Source: Chiloscyllium plagiosum (Eukaryota). Taken from it: a stretch of 64,000 bases of DNA. Shown one piece after another: positions 52,050 through 63,368 of the stretch. Made by a program: the position numbers and the translations under genes. The stretch covers positions 99,121,780 to 99,185,779 of the forward strand of contig NC_057718.1 in the NCBI RefSeq assembly GCF_004010195.1, in the 5' to 3' direction. Under the pieces are notes generated by a model. It searched no databases. It saw only the letters and a program-made list of their open reading frames with translations, and was not told the DNA's origin. How positions within the stretch are numbered: the stretch's first letter is position 1; every line of letters begins with the position of its first letter.

Positions 52050-53000
52050 TAGGAATAGACGTAGGTCTTTCGGCCCATTGAGTCTGCTGTGCCATTCAAT
52101 AATATTGTGGCCAATCTGATAATCCTCAACTCTACTTTTTTCCCTTATCCCTGTAACCCTTAATTTTCTTACTGATTAAAAATTTGTTCCTCTTAGCCTT
52201 GAACGTGTTTAATGACCCAATTTCTACAGACCTCCACAGTTTCAGCCTGTGTGGAGCAGTTCCTCCTCATTTCTATCTTCAATATCTTACTCTGAGAGTT
52301 TGCTCTGTGGTCCTGGACTCTCCCACATGGGGAGCGAACTCTGTGCATTGATCTTGTCAAGAACCTTATATGTTTCAATAAGGCCACCTTTCATTCTCCT
52401 AAACCTACCTCCCTTTTCTATATGTTAGAGATTATGGGTTTGGAAATTATAAAAGGCATCTGGATGGATATATGAATAGGAAGGTTTTAGAGGGATATGG
52501 GCCAAGTGCTGGCAAATGGGACTAGATTAGGTTAGGAAATCTGGTCAGTATGGATGTGTTGGACTGAAAGGTCTGCTTCTATGCTGTGATGCTCTGTGAT
52601 GCTCTGACTCTGCTATTATAGAGTCATCCAGCACAGAAGCAGATCCTTCGGTCCAACCAGTCCATGCTGACCATAATCCCAAACTAAACTAGTCCCACCT
52701 GCCTGCTCCTGGCTCATATCCCTCCAAACCTTTTCTATTCCTGTAATCATTGTAATTGTAACTACATCCACCACTTCCTCAGGAAGTTCATTCCACACGC
52801 AAACCACCCTCTGTGTAAACATGTTTGCACCTCATGTTTTATTTTTAAATCTTTCTCCTCTTACCTTAAAAATGTGCCCCCTCACCTTGAAATCTCCCAT
52901 CTTAGGAAAATATAACTACCATTAACCCTGTATGTAGTCCTCATGATTTTATAAACCTCTATAAGACTGCCTCTCAACCTTCTTTGCTCCAGTTGAAGGA
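52050..53000. mobile_element. Cluster of CR1 3' fragments (minus ~52050-52410, plus ~52450-52610, minus ~52618-53000)
   Basis: WNELPEEVVDV remnants and shared CR1 3' UTRs. Confidence 0.78.
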
Positions 53001-53011
53001 GTCTTGGTGAG

Positions 53012-53338
53012 TTTAGATTCCCTACTGTATGGAAACAGGCCCTTCGGCCCAACAAGTCCACATTGACCCTCCGAAGGGTAACCCACCCAGACCCATTCCC
53101 CTACCCAATATTTACCCCTAACTAACGCATCCAACACTATGGGCAATTTCGCATGACCAATTCACCTGACTTGCACATCTTTGAACTGTGGGAGGAAACC
53201 GGAGCACCCAGAGGAAACCCACGCAGACACAGGGAGAATGTGCAAACTCCACACAGGCAGTTGCCTGAAGCTGGAATTGAACCCATGTTCCTGGTGCTGT
53301 GAGGCTGCAGTACTAACCACTCAGCCACCGTGCCACCC
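53012..53338 (-). mobile_element. HE1-like V-SINE
   Basis: Reverse-complement head GGGTGGCACGGTGGCTGAGTGGTTAG, V-domain and tail. Confidence 0.87.
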
Positions 53339-53793
53339 AAGTTGTTGCAATGCATCTTGTTGATGGTCCACACTGCTGTTACTGCATGTGGGTGGTGCAG
53401 GAGGGTGAATACTTAGGTTAGTGGATGGAGTTCCATCCATGAAGATCAGCAAGGTACCAGGGCAAAAGCTTGCTGTAAATACAGGCTGCATGGTGAGGCA
53501 ACCATGGGCAGAAACATGGACAGGGCGGGCAAAAGACCTGCATATATTCTGGCCCCTGAAAATCATTGGCAAATCTTGTTTTCCCCTTACAGTAGGCCCA
53601 ACACCTGTTGCATTCAATGGACCATTGATTAAAAGACCAAAATTAGCATAGCAATGGTGCCTGGTTCACATGATGAAAGTAAGCTTCCACATGTTCCAAA
53701 CCTCAACAATGACAGCGCTAATGAAAAGTACCGAAGTAAATGGGAACAGTGGTCACTTGCAGAGTGAACCGCAGACCTGGGGGCAGACCTGGG

Positions 53794-54600
53794 GCCTGGA
53801 GCCCAGTTACAAGTGGAGTTCAGCCTGGAGCCCAGTTACAAGTGGAGTTCCGCAGGGATCAGTTCTGGGTCCTCTGCTGTTTGTAATTTTTATTAATGAC
53901 TTGGAAGAGGGAGTCGAAGGGTGGGTCAGTAAATTTGCAGATGATACGAAGATTGGTGGAGTTGTGGATAGTGAGGAGGGCTGTTGTCGGCTGCAAAGGG
54001 ACTTAGATATGATGCAGAGCTGGGCTGAGGAATGGGAGATGGAGTTCAACCCTGTCAAGTGTGAGGTTGTCCATTTTGGATGGACAAATAAGAATGTGGA
54101 ATACAGGGTTAACGGTAGGGTTCTTAGTAAGGTGGAGGAGCAGAGGGATCTTGGGGTCTATGTTCATAGATCTTTGAAAGTTGCCACTCAGGTGGATAGA
54201 GCTTGTAAGAAGGCCTATGGTGTATTACCGTTCATTAGCAGAGGGATTGAATTCAAGAGTCATGAAGTGATGTTACAGCTGTACAGGACCTTGGTAAGGC
54301 CACATTTGGAGTACTGTGTGCAGTTCTGGTCGCCTCACTAAAGGAAAGATGTGGAAGCTTTGGAGAGGGTGCAAAGTAGGGGGGATATCAGGGGTAGGTT
54401 CTTTACCCAGAGAGTGGTGGGGGCATGGAATGCGCTGCCTGTGGGAGTGGCAGAGTCAGAATCATTGGTGACCTTTAAGCGGCAATTGGATAGGTACATG
54501 GATGGGTGCTTAAGCTAGGACAAATATTCGGCACAACATCGTGGGCCGAAGGGCCTGTTCTGTGCTGTATTGTTCTATGTTCTATGTTCTATGGTCTATT
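53794..54600 (+). mobile_element. Young 5'-truncated CR1 LINE with RT core and internal deletion
   Basis: [26 protein letters not shown]...SKFADDTKIGG...LVRPHLEYCVQFWSPH open for ~180 codons; deletion near 54377; (CTATGTT)n tail. Confidence 0.93.
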
Positions 54601-55039
54601 GTGTTTCCATCCAGGGTCAGTGTGAAAAATACATCAGGTCTAAAGAAACTCACGTGTATTGAATGCAGAGTATCTGAAAGCAGTGAACACTGTGACTGAG
54701 TCCCAATAATAATATTAATCACTCTGTGGCTTATGATCTCATGAGCAACCTTTGATTATGTTACTGTTTGTAATTCAATACACAATTAGGTTTACCACCA
54801 TTCAATCTAAAAAAAAAAGCTTTTTATTTAAATGTGGAGTTAATGATGTCTTTGGGAGCTAAACAAGACACATGTAGCAGCAGGAAATAGGTTAGGGAGA
54901 GGATAATTTGTGGTTTCTCAAACAACAAAGGAATTATAAATAAAACATTTTGCCCTTTCTATTTTCTCCCTTTCTTTTCCTCAAACTTTCACCCTTCAAA
55001 TACATTTCTCAAAGGAACTTAATGTTATAGGTTTTCAAA

Positions 55040-55815
55040 TCATGTTTTCGTATTCATCCATTGGATGTGGGTGTAGCTGGCTCAGCCAATGTATATTGCC
55101 TTGTTTCTCATATCCCTGGAGACTTTGTTGGTGAGGTGTCTTGAATAGCTGCAATCCTTGGGTTTCAGGTCACCCAGAAGCCACACCAGCGATTAGCATT
55201 GGCATGGCGATCATGGCTTTGATTTCTAATTCCAGAAGCCGCTGCCACAGATGGGCTTTGGAGGACTCTGAAGCTCGTAAGAAAATAAAAATGTTGCTTA
55301 TGGCCCCAATACTTACATGGCTGGTTCAGTTCTATTTCTAGAAATGGTAACCCTTAGGAAATTGGTTGTGGGGGGATTCAGTGTATATCAAAAGACTATG
55401 GTTAGATTTGCTCTTGTTGGAGTGTGGGATTTGTATGGAATAAATGTTGCTTGCCACTTACCAGGCAAAGCCTGCATTCCTGAAGAAGGGCTCATGCCCG
55501 AAATGTCGATTCTCCTGCTCCTTGGATGCTGCCTGACCTGCTGCGCTTTTCCAGCAACACATTTAAAGCCTGTATGTTGTCCAGGCCTTGCTGCATTTGG
55601 ACTGTTTTAGTCTCACAGGAGTCGTGAATGGTGCTGAACATCATACAATGATTAATGAACGTCCCCGCTCCTGACCATGTGATGCAGGGAAGGCCACTGA
55701 TGGAGCAGCTGAAGGTGGATGAGCCTAGGACGCTCTGTGGTACTCCCACAGAGATGAACTGGAGCTGAGATGACTGACTTCCACAAATCACAACCCATTG
55801 GGTCATGACAGTCTC
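55040..55815 (-). mobile_element. Older CR1/L2-group LINE RT and 3' fragments (related ~57480-57760 minus, ~58880-59730 plus)
   Basis: VGVPQSVLGSSTFSCSISGLP...MQQGLDNIQA decayed RT motif. Confidence 0.65.
55478..55564 (+). mobile_element. Family-B PLE fragment with 11-bp TSD
   Basis: AAAGCCTGCAT (55467-55477) / AAAGCCTGTAT (55565-55575); starts at the hammerhead CTGAAGA. Confidence 0.78.
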
Positions 55816-55834
55816 CATTGGACTTAAAGTTATT

Positions 55835-56510
55835 AAATTGAATTGAATTTATTGTCACGTGTACTGAGGCACAGTGAAAAGCTTTGTCTTTCGAGCAATA
55901 CAGGCAGATCACAGAGTTAAGTAGCATAGGTAAATGAATAAGAGTAACAGTGGCAAAAACAAAAACACAGATACAGGCGAATGTTAAGAGTTTCTGAGTC
56001 CATTCAGTATTCTAACAACAGTAGGGTAGAAACTGTTATGAAACCGGCTGGTGCGTGTGGTCAGGCTTCTGCACCTTCTCCCCGATGGTAGATGTTGGAG
56101 AAAAACATTGCCAGGGTGGGATGGATCTTTGAGAATGCTGGCGGCCTTTCCTTGACAGTGGGCCTGGTAGATGGATTCCATAGATGGGAGGTTGGCCTTT
56201 GTGATTGTCCGGGTCGAGTTCACCACTCTCTGTAACTGTCTCCGATCTTGAATGGTACAGTTGCCACACCAGGTCGTGATGCATCCAGATAGAATGCTTT
56301 TGATGGGGCTTCTATAAAAGTTGGGGGAGAAAGTGAGGACTGCAGATGCTGGAGATCAGAGTTGAAAATGTGTTGCTGGAAAAGCGCAGCAGGTCAGGCA
56401 GCATCCAAGGAGCAGGAGAATCGACGTTTCGGGCATAAGCCCTTTTTCAGCTCACCTATAAAAGTTGGCAAGGGTATTCACCATCATGCCAAATTTCCTC
56501 AGCTGCCGAA
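55835..56510 (-). mobile_element. Rex1/Babar-like LINE 3' part
   Basis: KAASILKDPSHPGNVFLQHLPSGRRCRSLTTRTSRFHNSFYPTVVRILN matches the C-terminal motif of Rex1/Babar-type RTs; AATAAA plus (TTCAA)n tail. Confidence 0.72.
56325..56455 (-). mobile_element. Family-B PLE fragment nested in the Rex-like LINE, 13-bp TSD
   Basis: CTATAAAAGTTGG at 56312-56324 and 56456-56468. Confidence 0.82.
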
Positions 56511-59151
56511 TTTCCTTAACTTGGCTAAATGCATGGGTTTTGAGTGGGTTTGATGTTCATACATGGGATTCCAGCAGGAACCACTGCATAGCAATCAGGG
56601 TAATTCTCTGAATGCAGTGCCCTTCCCCAGCTCCAACATCACTCCCTCCCAGAGTATCCAACATCACTCACTCCCTCCCAGAGTATCACCAGTAAAATCA
56701 CTTCCATCCCGGTGGAGATCAAGGGTTGCATTTTCCATTTGGGATCAGTCCTATTTGTAGCCTTCATTCTCAGATTGTGTCCTGACTGGTCATTCACCAT
56801 CAATTGGATACAGTGTGTAGCTCTTGAAGCTGAATGACCGAGATGAGGATTTACATGGCTCAAGGCGGAACAACATTCCCTGCAGCTAAGGATTGTGGGT
56901 GGATACCTAGTGATCAAGGAAGCCTCTCTATGCTTGCTGCGAATCAGGAGGAATGGCCTCAGCTGGGCAGGTCCCACAGTTGTGGAGGGGAGACATTGGA
57001 GATGCCTCCGATCTTCCCAGTGGGAACAATGCTTGCAGTGATCCTGGAGGACTGCTCAGTCACCCCCACCTACATTCCCCTGAGCCTGGTAATCCACCAG
57101 GGGGCACTGCCAGCCTCCCAACACCAGAAGGAGACAATAGACCCACCCGAACGTCTTTGCATTCACAGAATGTGGATGTTGGTGGTTGGCCAACATTTGT
57201 TGTTCATCCCTAACTGCACTTGAGAAGATCGCAGTAAGGTGCCATTTTAAGTGGCTGCTACCCGTGTAATTCTCACCTGGCATGTCCATGCAGGGCTGAA
57301 TGAGCCCTGCTGGGTGTCAGGTTAAACTGCCCACCTTTGCCGGTGGAGCAATATGATCTTGCAACTATTTGAGAAGAGCAGGAAGTTCTCCTGGTGAAGT
57401 AGGCAACATTTTTGCCTCGAAACATCACCAAAATGTTTCAGCTGATGGATCTTCCATCGGTTCTTTCAGTATTTATTTAGTATTCCATCACACTCCTGCC
57501 TTGTGCCTTGGAGATGACCTTTAGTGAGTTGGGAAGAGAGTTACTCACTGTAATATTCTGAGCCTCTGACTTGCTTTTGTAGCCGATGTGTTTATATGAC
57601 TAGTCCAGTTCATTGTCTGAACTGACAACTGGCAAAAACAAGGAAGTCTATTGGGGGTCCATCATCTGCTTTTGGGCAAAATGGCTGAGGGTGGAAATAG
57701 AGGGTGGAGTCCATGATTCTTGGTGGCAATATTTCCTCATATGGCCCTCCATTTGCCTCTTATTGAGTAAAGCAAGTCTCCTCCTCCATTTGAAATGTTT
57801 CCTCCATTCTTCATCCCTGTCTGTAGTGTTCAGTTCATTCTTGGACTCCGTGTTGTTAGAGGTTAACCAATTACACGTGTTTGTGTGAAGACTTGGGCCA
57901 TCACACGACTCTGTCCATGGAGCTGAATCTGCCCAGTATGATATTGGAGTGACTCCAGGGGTCTGTTTATCCAGCTGCAATCCTAGGATTAATCCACAGT
58001 TAGTTATGACAGATTTGGTCCCTTCATTGTCCTGTGACTATCCTATATACACAATTTCCCTGTCTGAGGGAAATATTGAAGCAATGTGCTCTGAGGAAAT
58101 AGAACTTGAAATAAAAGTTTTTAAAACAGTTGGCTGCAAACATTTGGTTCATATTACACTCTATCCAATGGTAGAGATCTTTCCCTCTCTTATCAAAGAT
58201 TATTCCTGATCTTGTGGCATTCCCAACCGCATGTGGAACATTGCGAAAATCTCCCTGTCTTCTGTTCTTTATTGCAGTTAGTGGTAGGTGTACCATTGGT
58301 GCAAACACTGACCCTCCACTCAAAATGCTATAGTTATTTCTCAAGTAAATATGGAGAAACAACAATGTTTGCCCACAGTTTTAACAGCGATTGTTTCTTA
58401 AATACGACAGACAGCCCATTGGTAAAATGGCTGTGACCCTGTTCTCTTCCATTGCACCTCTTAAGTTGTCCACTAGGAGGTGAATGAGAGCAGTGTGTGT
58501 TGGTTCTTCATGCTGGAAGGGTGATGCTTTTGTTGTCAATGTGTGATGGACTTGCTCCACTCTAGACCAAGATGAAATATGAAGGATAGCATATAGAGAT
58601 TCTCAGCTTTGTCTCACTATTGGTATGAAGATATGGGTGTGCTGTACCTTTCTATACCTTTTATCTTCATAACACATTGGCAAGCTATGTTTGCAGCTAT
58701 GTATCTGACCAGGGTTACTATTAGAATCTCCCCAATGTGTGAATCTGTTCCAACTTTGGCAGAATTTCTTCTCCTGTGACAGTACAATTCAAATGATCTA
58801 GCCTGGTATTTATACCTGGTGCATCCCATGAAACGAGGGCAATTTGAAATGCATTTGAAGCATATCTGAAGAATTTGGAGTTTCCGAGGCACAGTTGCTT
58901 TCAGCTGTTCGTTAATGACCTTCCCTCTGTTATAAGATCAGATGTGGGGACATTTGCTGATGATTGCCAACGTACATCACCATTCACGACTCTTTGGATA
59001 GTGACGTGGTCCATAATTCAAATACAGTAAGACCTGGACAACATCCAGACCTTGGCAATCCAATAGTTTGTCACGTTCACAGTGCAAGTCCCAGACAATG
59101 ACCAAACCTCCATTGACAGAATTTTTCAAACATATAACATTGCCATTTGTG

Positions 59152-59482
59152 AGCGGCACCATAGCTCAGTGGTCAGCACTGCTGCCTCACAGCACAGGGA
59201 CCCAGGTTTGATTCCAAATTTGTGGCATTTACACATCATCCCCGTATCTGTGTGGGTTTCCTCCAGGTGCTCTAGTTTCCTCCCACTGTCCAAAGATGTG
59301 CAGGTTTGGTGAATTGGCCAAACTAAATTGTCCCATAGTGTTCAGGGATGTGTAATTTAGGTGCATTAGTCAGGGATAAATGTAGAGTAATAGGGTTGTG
59401 GAGTGGGTCTGGGTGGGTGACTCTTCGGAGGGTAGGTGTGGACTTGTTGGGCTGACGGGTCTGTTCCCACACTGTAGGGATT
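59152..59482 (+). mobile_element. HE1-like V-SINE
   Basis: A/B boxes, V-domain and tail. Confidence 0.8.
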
Positions 59483-60067
59483 CGAGATAGACAAAAATAG
59501 CAAGTGCTTGGGAATGTAGCGACCTGAAAGCTCTTCTTCAAGCCTGTCTTGGAAATATATTGTTATTCCTTCATTGTCATTGGGTCAAAAAACAGCTGCT
59601 AGAACATTCTCCCTAACAGCATGAACTGAGGCAGTTCCGGAAGGTACCTCACATTCTCAAGGGCAGTTAGGGATGGGTAACAAACACTGACCAAGCCAGC
59701 AATCACCACATCGCATGAGAGAACATATGAAAGGATCAATTGGAAAAACCTGAATTCAAGTCGCGAGAGTCTACCAAATCATAGGGCTGCTCTCCCATTC
59801 GAGAGAGAGGTGGTGATTTAACTTGAAGGTCACCACAGCTCAGATAAGGGAGGAGGTTGAGCAGGAGACTGGTAATCTCAGCTGGTGCAGGAATTGAACC
59901 CACACTGTTGGTACCACACTACTTTGCAAAGCAACACCCCCACCCCCTCCATGACTGGAATCATATTGAGTCTCACAAGCCATTAGAGTTTCTCTGATCT
60001 TTTCATTGTAATCCCAGTTCATTCATAAAATGCAAGCAATGAGGAAGGCAAATGCTGTTGCATCTTA

Positions 60068-60480
60068 AGACCATAAGATGTTGAAGTGGAAGTAAGGCCA
60101 TTCAGCCCATTGAGTCCTCTCCACCATTTAATCATGGCTGATGGGAATTTCAACACCACTTACCCACACTCTCCCCGTAGCCCTTAATTCCTTGCAAGAT
60201 CAATAATTTATCAATCTCTGCTTTGAAGACATTTAACGTCCCACTGCGCTCCGTGACAATTAATTCCACAGGTCCACCACTCTCTGGCTGAAGAAATGTC
60301 TCCTCATTTCCGTTCTAAATTGACCCCCTCTAATTTTAAGGCTGTGCCCACTGGTCCTAGTCTCCCCGCTTAATTGAAACAACTTCCCAACGTTCCCCCT
60401 TTCTAACTCATGCATTATCTTGTAAGTTCCTATTAGATCTCTCCTCAACCTTCTAAATTCTAATGGATACAATCCCAGGA
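60068..60480 (-). mobile_element. CR1 LINE 3' fragment
   Basis: YPLEFRRLRRDLIGTYKIM...FFSQRVVDLWN; TCTTATGGTCTTA tail. Confidence 0.85.
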
Positions 60481-60849
60481 TCTTGTGAGGGAAATGGATG
60501 TTGCTCTACATTTGTGCAGGTGCCCGTTTTGATCTCTTTATTTAAGAAAGCAAATAAATGTCAAAGCCTAGCAGAGAAATTTCACTTGATTGATACCTGG
60601 GGTGACAGGATTATCTATTGAGGAAAGGTTGGACAGGGTGGGTCTGTATCCGTTGGAGCTTAGAAGAGTGACAGTTACTGAGATAGATAAGATCCTGAGG
60701 GGACTTGACAGGGTGGATACGGTGAAAGGGTGTCTCCTTCTCATGGGAGAGACTAGAACTGGGGGGGATGCAGTTTAAAAATAGGGGCTCTCCTGTTTAA
60801 GACTGAGAGTAGGAGGATTTTCATTCTTATTTTGAAACTCTGTTTTTGT

Positions 60850-61146
60850 AGATTAGATTAGCTACAGTGTGGAAACAGGCCTTTGGCCCAGCAATCCCAT
60901 ACTGACCCTCCAAAGAGTAACCCACCCTGACCCAGTTCCCTCTGACTAATGTATCTATAATTCCAGGCAATTTAGCATGGCCAATTCACCTGGCCTGCAC
61001 ATCTTTGAACTGTGGGTGGAAACCAGAGTACCTGGAGGAAACCCACGCAGGCAGAATGTGCAAACAGAGAGTCACCCACGATTGGGATCAAACCTGGGAC
61101 CCTGGTGCTTTGAGGCAGCAGTGTTGACCACTGAGCCACCGTGCCG
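60850..61146 (-). mobile_element. HE1-like V-SINE nested in a plus-strand CR1 fragment (~60560-61290)
   Basis: Reverse-complement SINE; host ORF remnant EERLDRVGLYPLELRR. Confidence 0.8.
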
Positions 61147-62512
61147 TTTCTCAGAGAATGTTGGAGGGAGGGTCACTTGAATATTTCCAGGGCAGAAATG
61201 AATTCTTGACTAACAAGGGAGTCAAAGGTTATCGGGGGTAGATGTTTAGAGCCCAGTCAGATCTTAATGAATGGCCTACTCTTTCTCCCAAGTCATGACT
61301 TTACATTCAGGGAACCCAATCAAAGATTCTGTGATTATGTTCAATAATCTTTTATTTGATTTCGAGGGAGTCCCTCAACTTCCTACTTATAAACATAATC
61401 TCATACAGGGGTTTAATTGTAAAGACCCAACATGTGATATTTCTCCATCGACAGTTCCTGTACATTGTCCTGCATCGTGTTATGTATTGTGTAAAAATCG
61501 ACTTGTGAATGATTTTCAGTGCAGAAGCTGTTTGCAAATGGGGGCTTTAAAAAGTCCCCCCCTTTTGTCCATGCCGCCCCCCCCTCCCCCCGACCCCCTC
61601 CCCTTTAGTCTGGACACTGAGTCATTCATTTTCAAATAATTTTCAATGGCTTCAGAGCAAAGCTAAACACATTCTAACCCAAAGGCCACATTTATGTAAA
61701 CAAGTTCATTTCAACTGAGGCAGAGACATTGCTAACCATTGTTAGACATGTGGAAACAAAGGGCAGGCGACGATTAACCCTATCAGCTTGTGGTGCCTTG
61801 AGACTGAGAGGTCAGCTAATAGTCAGCAGTCCAGGGTGGGTAGAGTTTCCCACACTCTCACTGTTGCCTGTTCCCCTTAAGCTATCTGGTTCTTTATCCT
61901 GAATCATGGGGAGTTGCTTTTATCAGTTTACAGCTGTTCCCAGAGAAGTGAAATTGACCACTAAAAGGCTGATTGTCAGATATGAAGTAAAGATCAGCTC
62001 CTGACACCTTCGGACGGTAAATTGAGCAGGATTGAAAGCAGAGTAGATGGTATTTATAGAAGCAGTTATACTGGCTGAAAAATGGATGTTAGAGTAGCAG
62101 TGAATCCTGAAATATAAAAGGCTTTCCTATTAAGGGTCACTTTAGAAACTGGAAATATCTCCTTGCGTTTCTGAACAACGTAAATGATAATGATTATATG
62201 TACTACAACATTCGCAAGAAATATTTGGGAATTTCCTTAACTGTTTGTTTAACCTATTGAAATCACTGAAAAAAACAGAACCGTGTCATTTAGTTATTGC
62301 CCATTGCACTGTTGAGAAGAATGAATCTAAAAGCCACAATCTGCACTTAATTTTGTATGGCTCACTCCTGTGGCTTGGATGTGGCTCCTCCAGAGAATTG
62401 ACCACATTGTACATGGTGGTTCTTTTTAGGATGAATTAGATTTTCTTCCAAGCATGGCTGAACGGCTTTACCCCCTCCCCTTCCAACAGACCAGTCTACA
62501 TGAAAGAATGGA

Positions 62513-62713
62513 AAAGCGCAGCAGGTCAGGCAGCATCCAGGGAACAGGAGAATCGACGTTTCGGGCATAAGCCCTTCTTCAGGATTCCTGAAGAAGGGCT
62601 TATGCCCGAAACGTCGATTCTCCTGTTCCCTGGATGCTGCCTGACCTGCTGCGCTTTTCCAGCAACACATTTCCAGCTCTGATCTCCAGCATCTGCAGAC
62701 CTCACTTTCTCCC
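62513..62713. mobile_element. Very young family-B PLE fold-back insertion; perfect 76-bp-arm palindrome; 17-bp TSD
   Basis: 62509-62584 is the exact reverse complement of 62586-62661; TSD CTAC(A/G)TGAAAGAATGGA at 62496-62512 and 62714-62730. Confidence 0.92.
62582..62621 (+). ncRNA. Minimal type-I hammerhead motif (mirror copy on minus strand at 62549-62588)
   Basis: GGATTC-CTGAAGA(62588-62594)-A-GGGC-TTAT-GCCC-GAAA(62608-62611)-C-G-TC^-GATTCT; predicted cleavage after 62615. Confidence 0.68.
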
Positions 62714-62904
62714 CTACGTGAAAGAATGGACTAGTACATTTTCCTAATCAACCCGTTCAAAGATGTTATTACACACCTCTGGAGCAGGTGGGACTCAAAC
62801 TTGAGCCTCCTGGCTCTTGGGTAGGGATACTACCACAAGACCTTTTGGAATGAACCAGGATCTAGATATAATAGAGAGTGGCTGATGCTCAATGGAGCAT
62901 ATAG

Positions 62905-63368
62905 AGCCACAGAGGTGTATAACACAGAAACAGACCCTTTGGTCCAACTTGTCCGTATGACCAGATAATTAATCAATTAATAATCAATTAATCTAGTCCC
63001 ATTGGCCCATATCCATCTAAACCCTTCCTATTCATATACCCGTCCAGATGCCTTTTAAATGCTATCATTGTACCAGCCTCCGCCACTTCCTCTGGCAACT
63101 CATTCCATACACATACCATCCTCGGCATGAAAATATTACCCCTTAGGTCCTTTTTAAATCTTTCCACTCTAACCTTAAGCCTATGTCCTCTAGTTTTAGA
63201 TTCCCCAACTTCGGAAAAAGACCTTGGCTATTCACCCTATCCATGCCCCTCATGATTTTATAAATCTCTCTAAGGTCACCCTCAGCCTCCGATGCTCCAG
63301 GGAAAACAGGCCCGGCTTATTCAGCCTCTCCCTGTAGCTCAAACCCTCCAATCCCGGCAACATCCTAA
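62905..63368 (-). mobile_element. CR1/HER1 LINE 3' fragment
   Basis: RMLPGLEGLSYRERLNKPGLFSLEHRRLR and 3' UTR. Confidence 0.87.

Noticed and set aside
53670..54341. Functional 223-aa reverse transcriptase gene
   Set aside because: 5'-truncated CR1 with a premature stop and an internal deletion; the N-terminal residues come from flanking DNA.
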